A stretch of 63,500 nt of DNA, counting the filler, from Octopus bimaculoides (taxonomy: Eukaryota), in the NCBI RefSeq assembly GCF_001194135.2. It is 7 parts of 7 records of this genome, joined end to end, with 100 filler letters (N's around TTAATTAATTAA, not from the genome) between each part and the next. Parts side by side here need not be neighbours in the genome. Positions count along the whole stretch, not along the records: positions 1 to 30,522 come from NC_068992.1; 6 more parts are not named here. One strand, given 5' to 3'. The notes beneath the pieces were generated by a model that worked only from the letters and a program-made list of their open reading frames with translations, made no database searches and was not told where the DNA came from. Both the position numbers and the translations under genes were made by a program. Each line of letters starts with the position of its first letter. The stretch's first letter is position 1. Below, piece by piece: positions 1 through 12,399 of the stretch.

Positions 1-94
1 AACACATACATAACTATTATTGGGTCTTTAGGACATCGTTAGCTTTCGAAAGCTAACGATGTCCTAAAGACCCAATAATAGTTATGTATGTGTT
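1..94. repeat. Perfect zero-spacer palindrome (2 x 47 bp; may extend beyond the window)
   Basis: Bases 48-94 are the exact reverse complement of 1-47; centre TTCGAA. Confidence 0.97.
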
Positions 95-279
95 TTTTCG
101 TGTTTTATTCGAAAGGTAACCACTCCTGAAGAAGTGCCAAACGTCTAAATCCAATGGACCAGTCACTGGATAAGTTTGGCACAGAAATGTTAACATAGAG
201 TGGTGAATAAATCGATATATCGAATTTGAAGTCTCTGTCTCTTTTGAATATGAAAATTTAAAAGTTTAAAAATCTTATG

Positions 280-317
<38 letters not shown>

Positions 318-693
318 GTATTTGTATGTATATATATGAATATATATAATATCTACGTGTGTCTATGTACGTTTGTGTTTTTCTGTTAGTGTTTTTCTTG
401 TCCCCTGACACCGCTTCATGATAAGTGTTGCTTTGTGGACGTCCCTGTAACTCAGTGGTTCGGGAATTGGCTCAATGGAATAAGTATCATACTTAATAAA
501 GTAGTACTGAGGTTGATTTTTTCGACTAAAATTTTCAATGTGCTAACTTAGCATGACCAGATTGCATCACATGAAAGACGTAAAAGACCAACCTTATGTC
601 ATGCGAACGCACTTGTTTGTCAAATCAATGCTCCAGTCTATCATGGATATCTCTCTTATTTATTCACTTGTAACGAAAGAAATAGGAATAAAG

Positions 694-786
<93 letters not shown>

Positions 787-1688
787 TATATAACGTTCGA
801 GAAGACTTTTTCAATTCCCGAGCGTTGTACTAATACATCTGTTTGTTTTATACACCACGTGTCTTCGTCTTTTGATTTTTTTGTTTTTTTCTTTGTGAAT
901 TCTCCTCTCCCGCTATATATATATATATATTTATATATATAAGTAAGGTTGTTATTTCGACTGACAATTTCCTCTGTAATGTATACTTACTTTCAAACAG
1001 CAATACAAACACAGTACTGTCATAGACAGTAATATATGAGTGAAACATGTATGTCTAACAGAAATTGTTCAGCCCCTTGAAACACAAATCGCAATAAATA
1101 TAAATAGAACTCACACTCATCCAACGCATACATGCAACCACACACATATTTACGCAGTAATATGACAGGAAAAAAAACGCTCTACGTTAACCTAAATCAA
1201 TATACGTTTTTAGATTTCAAATGGTATCCTCACACTAACAGAATGTTGAATGTGTAAGTGTGCGAAATTATCCACAGGTGTATACACGGTTATCGAGATA
1301 GACATATCTACCATTCACAGGAAACGAGCATGTGTATATGTACATATATTATTATTCTTATGATATATTATAATGTAGTTATTATGGTATAAAAGTATTT
1401 CGTAAACACTTTTTCTCCATATCTCACAAAGCTTTCGGGTTTGTTTACAAATAACATATATGTACAATGCTATACCCACATACACCTCATGTATACACTC
1501 ACATATATGCAGACATGGGAACATATATGAATACCTGTTAAGACGTATAAAGATGCATAACGATGTATAAATTTACAATTATACACATTTTAGTTACGTG
1601 TGTGTGTATGCTTGAGAACATATACATGTGTGTCTACTGAACACTATTCAATTTTTTTTTCTCCGTGTTTTTCTCCTTGTCTCCGTAT

Positions 1689-1725
1689 TCTTTCTGTTGA
1701 AGAGCGTAGCTCGAAACGTCAAAGA
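1689..1725 (+). ncRNA. Minimal type-I hammerhead-ribozyme-like motif in a dispersed repeat
   Basis: Stem I TCTTT/AAAGA; core CTGTTGA (A6 replaced by T); stem II GAGC-GTA-GCTC; GAA; palindromic ACGT helix III; GTC cleavage triplet. Confidence 0.55.
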
Positions 1726-3123
1726 CTTTCCGTATTCCCGAGCGTCATACTAATATATACTTTTGTTATTTACACCACCTGTCCTCGTCTGTTGTTATTT
1801 TTTGTATATTCTCCCATATATATATATATGTGTGAGTGTGTGTGTATGCATATATATATATATATATTTATATATGCCTGTATATATTATATATTTGTAA
1901 ATATAAATATATACATATATATGTATATGTATGTATGTGTATGTGTTTGTATATGTGTATGTATGTGTGTGTGTATATACTTATATTTGTACATACAAAC
2001 TGGATTAACATTGATGAGTGATGAACTGAAATATGTTTGTTTGATGAAGAGTCATATTTTAATGTTAATACCTGAATTGTGTCTGTATACTTCCGCCGTT
2101 GTTTCTACTCATGATATATGACTTCCTTTATAATTCACTTACCTGAAATGACAGAAAATGAAGAGATATTAAACAAATGAATACAAAATTAAAAAAACAA
2201 AAGAAAAGCGAACAGTTAGCATTTATATTCTACTCACGAGAAATGTTGAACTAATCACTGCAGAATTCTTATGATTTAATACGTGGAAGAAACCTAATAC
2301 CATTTCGCGTAATATCATAGACAGCTTACTGGAAATGCGATCTATATGGTGGTTGGTGTCCCGGAGTTATGACACGATTTTGCTGTTATTTTTAAGCGTA
2401 TATATGTTACTAATAATGTTACAAATAATTCTATCGTATGCGTCGAGACGCGTGTTACAAATGCTTAATTATATATCTCTGTGTACATTACATCTGTAAT
2501 TTGCTGTTAAACTAACTTTTGTAATCAATATTATGGACCAGTAGAGTTCAATTTTTAGAGAAGCAGTATAATTTTAAAATTAATCTTTACAATACATTTT
2601 GACTGATCATAATCACATATGTTTATTGTTTTATAAAAAGTCAATGTTTTGAATGATACACAACATTTTCTAAACTTACCAGGAATGTACTCTGAAATTA
2701 TTTTAAGGAACATTTGACTTAGAGGTAATTCAACTGAAAACCAAATGATAACCCTATTCGTTTATGAAAATAAAGCAATTGTAAACAAACAATCCACAAT
2801 TTACTTGTATTTGTCAACAAACAATGCTTATTTTGGAGTAAATCTTTGACAAATTAGACAGTTATACGCAATATGACGTTCTCAGACACTCCTATACGAT
2901 TTGAACTTATATTATGAAGTTACAGGGAATTTGAATTTAGTAATGGGTAGCAATTTACATAGAACCCATCACTCAGCTAGTACTTATTGTGTTGACCCCC
3001 GAAAACCGAACTGAGCAGAACTTGGCCTCAAAAAAGTAACTACGGACGAAATGCCACTAAGTATTCTGCTTCTGGTGTGTTAACTATTCTGCCAGCTCGC
3101 CGACTTATATAGTTGGAATATAG

Positions 3124-3500
3124 TGTTGGCACTCCGTCGCTTACGACGTCGAGGGTTCCAGTTGATCCGATCAACAGAACAGCCTGCTCGTGAAATTAAC
3201 GTGCAAGTGGCTGAGCACTGCACAGGCTCGTGTACCCTTAACGTAGTTCTCGCGAATATTCAGCATGACACAGTGTGACAAGGCTGGCCCTTTGAGTTAC
3301 GGGTACAACAGAAACACAAAGAGTGAGAGAAAGTTGTGGTGGAAGAGTACAGCAGGGTTCGCCACCATCCCCTGCCGGAGCCTCGTGGAGCTTTAGGTGT
3401 TTTCACTCAATAAACACTCACACCGCCCGGTCTGGGAATCGAAACTGCGATCCTATGACCGCGAGTCCGTTGCCCTAACCACTGGGCCATGGCGCCTCCA
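3124..3500 (-). mobile_element. tRNA-derived SINE, family A
   Basis: On - strand the head TGGCCCAGTGG...GTTTCGATTCC gives pol III A/B boxes; body nearly identical to 57485-57866. Confidence 0.85.
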
Positions 3501-4110
3501 CTAGTGGGGATATAATAAACAACAGAGTATGTTTGATTTGCAATAGCTTTATCACCATTTGTCTGCTTTCATATTCCCATACCAAGTATAAAAATGACTT
3601 ACCGTTTAACAAAGCATCTACTTTTAAAGAACATCAAACTATTATCTTTAAACGTTGGTATTAGTTTTATTGGTTTATATTGATATTGTTACAACGGAAA
3701 TATATTACGATAACTGAGTTTTTTACTTTTATTTTTGGCACGGCAATAGTGAAAAATTATTCACTCGTATATAAATAGGAAATCAAGAATAAAAACCACA
3801 ATAGTTAATGACAGTTTCAGTAACACTAAAGTATAAACGTTAATAATGATAATAATAAGAATAACAATATACATATAATAATCCTTTCTAATTCTGTCAC
3901 AAGAACAGCAATTATGAGGGGATGGGCAATTCGATTGTATTGAGTATAGTCGATAACATTGACCCTCAAGTGATACCTGGTTTACCGACCACGAAAGGAT
4001 GAAAAGAAAACCGAATTCGTTGTAACTGGAACTCTGAGCAAAAGGGGCCTGAAAAAATTATTGCTAAGCATTTTGTTCTGTTTGGTAACGATTCTAGTAT
4101 CTCGCCACAT

Positions 4111-4165
<55 letters not shown>

Positions 4166-6084
4166 TAATAATCTTCTCTGATATAGGAACGTAACAAGGC
4201 GTGAATTATTGGGAAGGGGTCTATGCGAGTAGATCGACCCCAGTGCTCGGCTGGTACATATTTCCTGCACCCTGAAACGATGAAAGGCTAACTCGACCTC
4301 GGTGACATTTGAAGTAAGATACTGAAGGCGGACGAAATGCCCTTAGGCATTTGGTACACCATGCTGACGAATTTACCACGCCACATATCATTAATAATAA
4401 TACTAATTAGAATCGCTTCTACAATAAGAACAATGACTGAAATTTGGGGAAGGAGACTAGTCTGTTACCTCGACTCCAGTGCTCAACTGGTACTTATTTC
4501 ATGGACCGCGAAAGGATAAAAAGCAAAGTCAACTTCAAGGATTTTGAAATCGGAATGTAAAGAGAAACAACAACAATAATGATAATAATACCAGTTCTTG
4601 ACTGGTAGTTAATTTATCAACCCCGATGACAATAAAAGCAAAGTCGACCAAGGCAGAATTTGTACTCAGAACATAGCGCTGGGCAAAATACCACCTAGCA
4701 TTTCGTCCAGCGTGATAACAACTCCGTCAGCTTGCCTTCTGAACAACAACAACAACAACAACTACAACAACAACAACACAACAATAACGACGACGACGAC
4801 ATGATAATGATGATGACAGGGGTGACATGGGAACGAAAATAGTGATTGTCGATATTTCTGGATAGTATTAAACCCAGTACTTATCTGCTACTTTATTTGA
4901 TCGTCCTTCAAATAGAATATATTTTGTAGCTGTCGTCGGTGACATGTGAACTCAGAAGGTAAAAAAGCTGTGATTATATTTCACAAGTCACTTTTGGCGA
5001 GACACCAATGATTGTAGCCAACGTGTTTCTATGTAGTAAAAGTTCAAAGACTATAAAGTTAGCGATGTGTTTGACATTCCTCAGCACAGCATAGCCTCTT
5101 GAGTATACGTCGCCCATTATTGACTAATCTGCTAATATGGGTGTGATGAATGTGCAAATGTCACCGAAACCTAAATAACGAAATGCTGGAACTCGTATCA
5201 CGTAATCTGAATGTAATCTATATAGGCAATGAGTTCTCAATAAACAACAAGTTTTTCGTTTAGCGTGTAAAGTCGTTTACAGACTCGTAAGTATGTATCA
5301 GTAACTTGTTTCAGTCATTTGACTCCCGCCAAGCTGGGCACCACCTTCAAAGGTTTCTAGTTGAAGAAATGGCATATTTTTTAAAGATCGGTACCCTGTT
5401 GTCGAACCGCTAAGTTACGTGGAGATAAAAACCCCAACAATCCTTGTAAAGCGGTAGTGAAGGCATGTACAAAGACGCTCACACATATATACATAAATAT
5501 ATACAAGTTTCTTTCAGTCTCTGTCTATCAAATACACACACACAACTCTCTGGTCGGCCGGAGGCGAGTGTAGAAGGCATTTTCTCAAGGGACTGAACCC
5601 GGAACAATGTCATTGGGAAGCAAGCTTCTTATCATACAGAAAAAAGCCTGCGCCTACGTATAAACCCGCATTTACTAATTTCAAACTTAGCCAGAAGGAC
5701 AAAAACTTCGGGGTAGAGCCTAAGTCGATTACATCGACCTGCAGTACTAAACTGGTACTTATTTTATAGATGCCAAAAAGGATGGGGATGAACAGCACAG
5801 TCGACCTGGGTGCAATAAGAACTCAGAACATAAAGACAGGCGAAATTTTGCCGAGCATTTTACCCGACGTGTTAACGATCCTGGCAGGTCGCCGCCCTAT
5901 AGTCATATACAAATATGTAGATAGAAGAGTTGTAATTATATATATTTACACACATACATAGATACTAACTCACATGTATGCCTGAATGCACTTAATATCC
6001 TTCATGTGTGTATGAGTGTGTGTGTGTGTCTATACTTAGATATACAGATGCATTAATACATATGTATGCATACACACACACACA

Positions 6085-6153
<69 letters not shown>

Positions 6154-9100
6154 ATATANNNNNNNNNNNNNNNNNNNNNNNNNNNNNNNNNNNNNNNNNN
6201 NNNNNNNNNNNNNNNNNNNNNNNNNNNNNNNNNNNNNNNNNNNNNNNNNNNNNNNNNNNNNNNNNNNNNNATATAGATACACACACATACACACACATAT
6301 ATGTATTTTTCTTTCTGTATATATGTCTACAATTCAATTAGTTTTTACAACGAATTAGAATTGTAAGTTTTGCATTCCTTTGTAAACAATTCAATCTTAA
6401 AATATCAGCTGCATCAGTAATACGAAGTGAAATACCAGCAACACATCATATACAGCAACAATGACAACAAAAGAACATTTTAAAGAATATTATTTAAGCA
6501 GATGTTTAGAAACTGTATATGAATATTGGATTAAGAAATGAAGTGAATAAATTGAAAAAAAAAATGTAGTTGAATGAAAAGAGTTCCTTTGAAATAAGTA
6601 ACTGAAATATTCCGGATATTAAATTATATAAAAATAGAACAAACTTTGAAATAATTTAATTTGAAACATTCACGTTTCATTAATAGCAGAAACAAATTAA
6701 AACTAATTTTAAGAAATAGCTCCATCATATATAAAATTTCAATGCAATTAAAAAGTGATTATCATTTAGTTAACTAAAATAAATTTCAAAGCAATAATGA
6801 CGATGATGATGTTTAATTTTTCTGGTGGTTTATTATTGTGTTTATAATATGATGGTAATCATAATTATATTCCCCCTACATCCTGTTCCTCATTATCTTC
6901 ACTGATATACTTCAAACCGACTTCATCTTCCGCCATCTTCTTTTCCTCTTCATCAATTCAACAATTTGAGCTTCTAAGCTGTTGCTCGTGCTACGTGAAA
7001 TAGCACTCCAGTTTTACTGAAATGAGCTGAGTGTCCTTGCAAAATAGAGAAATACTTTGTCTAATACAGTCCCAGATACATGTAAAAAATGTGATGAACA
7101 AGATTGTGATGCATTTTTCAAATGTAAACTACATAACATAGACCAGCGTTAATGTGTACATGATCACCGTCCATGTTGATATCTCCCTCACTGTGTGAAG
7201 TACGAACCTGTTTTTTTAATGTTAGTTACAATCAAATATATAACTGTAGTAACAATGCTGCTAGTAACGGCCGTGATTCGATGGCGGTGCGGAAGAGGGC
7301 ACCTTTCTGATTAGGAGAATTCGTTTGAGAATTATTTACTGTAACGATAATAATATTGAGAATGTCGCGATGATGACGTCAACGATGACGTCGGCGACGA
7401 CTATGAGATGATGATGATGATGATGGCGATGAGGTCGACGACAATGATGTTGGTTGTGGTGGTTATGTCGGTGATGGTGAGGAGGAAGTCCCCACGAACT
7501 CCACTGATGAGCATGTAGTACAGCGATATCGATGTTGGTGATGTGAATGAATATGACCATGGTAATTTTTTTTATAATGATGTCAATGATGGCAGATGTA
7601 TGTAATTGAAGATAATGTGGTAAAGTGTGTATCAGTGAAATACTATTTATAATGATTGTAATGTTAGAGAGAAATATATATGAAACATAATGATAAAACT
7701 AAGATGTAAATATATATTATTTTAAGACGGGAATGTCATTTCATTTAAGAACAATTTGGTTGTTTTTGAGAACTTATAAGCACAAGTTAACTATGCCAAT
7801 AAACACGTTATCGATTCCTCACTATATCCTATGCATTCTAGTACACTACTTGACTGATGTTTCATTGGCGAAGACGGATAAAATTAATGTATCTATGTCG
7901 CATTGTGAAATGAGAAATAACTAAAAATCTATACATTCTCCTGTTTTCCATTTCAACATAAAAGACTACGATGTACGTTCATATGTTTTCATTGTGTTTA
8001 GAATTGTATGAGTAAAATGTTCATACTTAATTTGGTTTACTATACACTATTTACTATTATTTATGAACTTAAAATTGCCGATCACTATAATATTCAATCT
8101 ATGTAATGGAATCCTAGATTGCTATGTATTTGCAAATGCTTCTACATACGCCACTCTTTTGTACGCTACTCTCTCTTTCCTTTTCTCAAGGTATTTTCTG
8201 TGGGTTACTTAATTGCTGAATACAAGCTGATTAATCGCTTCATGTAACGCTCATTGTCAAAAGTATTCGAGTTATAGTGACAGCTTGGTTGATAATGTGT
8301 CAAAAATCCTAGCGAATTTGGATACTTCTGCAGCAGCGATTTTTAATTATCAAAACATACATCTCAAAGAAATAGTGATAATATATCTTTATATCAAATA
8401 TATAAGATATATAATATATGTACAAAAATATTATACAGATGATGTATAATATTTTATTGTGTTAATTTATGTCAACATTTATGCTTCGTCTGTTTTGGAG
8501 GTGGTTGATTTCTATAGTAATTTACCACGTATATTCCCTGTAACTCTACATACACAATAGTTAGTGTCAAGGAAGAGATGTGTCTTTTTATATATTTTTC
8601 TAAGTAACCAATTGGGTATATGGCAGTGAACAAACTCACGCAAATACACATGCCTGTGAGTGACTATTTAAATGTGTTCTTACCAAGTACAGTTTGTTAA
8701 TGATATTGTACAAACATTTGCAACTTTTTCTAAGCACGTCCAAGTGTAACTTAGAGACGGTATTATGCAAATACATGGACATTCTGTAAAATGATATTGG
8801 TCTAATTTATATTGACGTTTAATCCTGCAAGTGATAACTATCTGTAGAAATGTTCTACTACAATTTTAAACCAAATATCTTTGGAGGATTCAATAAACAT
8901 TAAACTAGTCGCTGAATAAGCTTAGTACTTTAGTACAATATCAACGTAAACATCTCTAACATTGTTAGTTCATCTATCAAATTCTGTTTTTTGTTTTTAA
9001 ATTTAGCTCGTGTATTTACAGAAATTTTCCTCAATTTCGAATTTCAATGGGCAATAAATATTTTACTATTTGTGCCAGCGATAATCTTGTCAGTTCAGCC

Positions 9101-9781
9101 TTGTATTTAGCACTCGTTAACCGAATAGTTAACTATGATTTAATGCTTTACTTTATTGCGTGCAAAGAGGATATTTTCACTGTAAATAATTACAGTGATA
9201 TTGAGAGAAAGTGAAAATAGAACCACATGCTGTCATTTGCACAGTTATGCACTACGCAAAGATTTACAGCATCATACATTACACAGACTTATGTCATCAA
9301 ATTATCTGTATTCATTAAAATACAGTTAATCACCATTTAAAATCGATTGTTTTAAAATGGCTTTGTTATAGCTTAAATTGGAAATAACGTTAATTTAGTT
9401 GTAGCAAAGAATAAAATATAGATAAACAAATGGTGCTAAAATAAAGAATTCTAGAAATCTTAAGCCATTTCTCTGGAGAATCAAATTATGCATGTCTCTG
9501 CTTGAGTAGGTTATCAAAGATAAGGATATGCTATAATTAAGAGTATTTGCAAATATATCAACGCACATAAAACAACAATATTAATGCCGTCGCAGAAGAG
9601 GTGAACAACTCGGAATATTAATCCCATTACAGCAATTGAGACCGGGGTTAGTTGTCTTGTGATAGAATTCAAAGCAATCAAGGAACCTGATGACGACGTT
9701 GGGTGTAACATTCTTGAATTGCATGAATTGCACCTGAGATCTAAGACGCAATTAATCACACTCACATATACAGAGATAGCT

Positions 9782-9817
<36 letters not shown>

Positions 9818-10184
9818 ACACATATATATATATACAAAAGTATATACACTTGCGCGGACATAACCATATATCTATATAAATATATGTGACAATCAGTATG
9901 TAACACTACAAAGTTCATACAAAGCTTTATACTTTAAATATATTTTATCATCAAAGAATGTATATATGCATTTTAATACTCAGACTGTTTTTTAACATTT
10001 TTTATTATTCTCAAAGACTTTTGATAATCTTTTTCTAAAAAAGTGAAACCGGTTAAGTAAATAAATATTTTTTAAAAATAAGTGCATTTTCAAACCTTCT
10101 TTCATATAAATATATATATATATATATATACATATATACACACACACACACACACGCACGCACGCACACACACACACACACACT

Positions 10185-10257
<73 letters not shown>

Positions 10258-10639
10258 TGGCAACGGTGGTTTACTCTATATAAGCATATTTTGAGAATAG
10301 GAGGAGGAGGAGAAAAATCAAATGTAATGAACATTGTTGTGTAAGTAATCTCTATCTATCTAGAGATATATTATGATGTGGTAAATTGAGCAATATATAA
10401 TATACGGATAGGCCATCTATAGCTAAGCACCAAAACGAAAATGAAAATATAACGATTGAACACTTATGATATTACTATATCTGTGTTTAAAAATTTCACG
10501 TAGAAGCTTGCAAGTTAATAAAAAAAATGCGTATTGCCCATTTAATCGCATCCATTATGATACTGGCAGCATTTTGTTTAGACCAGTCAAAATTTGAAAA
10601 CATTGAGCGTAAAGGGGCGTAACCCATTACCAGTTGAAT

Positions 10640-11000
10640 GAAGTCTAGAGCATTATTGTTTCTTTTCAGTCGAAGCTGAACAAATGGAAAATAGGTAATA
10701 TATGAAGGGGAGAATAATACAATGATTTATAAACGTTATACGCTTGCTGGTTGGTATAGCATTCAGAAACTTGTTTATCGACTAAGGCTATCAATATTTC
10801 CAAGAATTCCTGTTAACAGAGTAAGTAGATTTATTCTTTTGATCACAGTTAAATTCCAATGGCTAAGCTACGAAATGGAAATTTCAGTGCGATAAGAGTA
10901 ACCTTACGATTGAATGCTCTAGTCGATTTCGTGAAGCATTTCTTTGAAAACGGAGAAAAAAAGCATATCGAGGGATATTTAATCATATCTGCTGTAACGA
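10640..11000 (+). mobile_element. Possible hAT (Buster/Charlie-like) remnant
   Basis: IVSFQSKLNKW resembles the F..KL..W motif; otherwise weak. Confidence 0.2.
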
Positions 11001-11420
11001 AGGTTTTGGTTTGAATCTCCCAAGTGCAGTGATAAGTCAGACAGAATTATGCTACGTGTAGTTACATGGTTCGAGTTAATACTGCTATCCTGAAAGGAAT
11101 ATATTATTTATGAAATGAATCAAAGGTTAGGAAATAAAACTATACATTTATATTCTTTGTTATAGGATATCAGCTAACATTGTTGATATATTGTTAGCTA
11201 TTGCTCTGATGTTCTATTGGATTATATTAAGTAGAGGTGCAGGACGTGTTCAGTAGTTAGCCCAAGTCAAATAATAGTTTTATTAATAATACAGAATGCT
11301 CATAATTCTACACACATGAAACAGATTCATTACTCACCCAATTATTTTCACCCGCGAAATCAGTAAACGATAACAACCGATAAATTATTAATTCTGTATC
11401 CTTGCTACGATTTTAGTTAC

Positions 11421-11467
<47 letters not shown>

Positions 11468-11606
11468 GCGTGTGTTTGTGTGTGTGTGTGTGTGTGTTTG
11501 TGTGTGGGTGTGTTTGTGTGTGTGTATGTGTGTATGTCTATATAAATATACATATATATACATACATATATACATGCATACATACATATATACATACATA
11601 TATACA

Positions 11607-11641
<35 letters not shown>

Positions 11642-12142
11642 GTATGTATATATGCTATATCGCACGTTCGGATGGCATGCCTTCGCCAATAACTTACCTC
11701 TACTCAACTACCGAACTCTCATTTCCGACGACTCGACTCAACAGAACTCGACGTCTAGTCTACCGACGACTCCGGCTACCTTAACGTGACGCTTATTTTC
11801 TTCCTTCTTTATTATAGTCATACAGCCTGAACAAAGGGGGGGACACCCCGAGGACAGACAACACAAAACGCGGGGTATATAGAACGAAGCGAATGAAATA
11901 TGAATATAATGAATTAAAGAATTTAAAAAAGTGTAATGGCTTATGAGCTCCCCCAAAGCAAGCAGTCCCATTTTACTGTTCTAATAAATCATAATTTCAT
12001 AAGTCTTTTATACGATTTTACATATCTCGCATGCAATCGGGCAAGTCATCAAATTCGATAACATTCGGTGGTGTATCGTACTGAAAGTACGATCCAGTTT
12101 TCCTTATTCTTCTTCCAAACAATTCCGTCAATTTCTCGACTC

Positions 12143-12346
12143 GCTCTCTCCCTCTCACTCTCTCTCTCACTCTCCCTCTCTCTCTCCGTCTCCCTCTCCC
12201 TCTCCCTCTCCCTCTCCCTCTCTCTCTCCCTCCCTCTCTCCCTCTCTCTCTCCTTCTCTCTCTCTCCCTCTCCGTCTCTCACTCTACCTCTCTCTCTCTC
12301 TCTCCCTCTCTCCCTCTCCCTCTCTCTCCCCTTATCACTCTCTCTC

Positions 12347-12386
<40 letters not shown>

Positions 12387-12388
12387 TC
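12143..12388. repeat. (CT)n/(CCCTCT)n polypyrimidine tract
   Basis: Directly visible. Confidence 0.98.
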
Positions 12389-12399
12389 CAACAGTATTG

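Noticed and set aside
3420-3500. tRNA gene (also 57485-57560)
   Set aside because: The tRNA-like head continues into a shared SINE body; no complete cloverleaf is evident.
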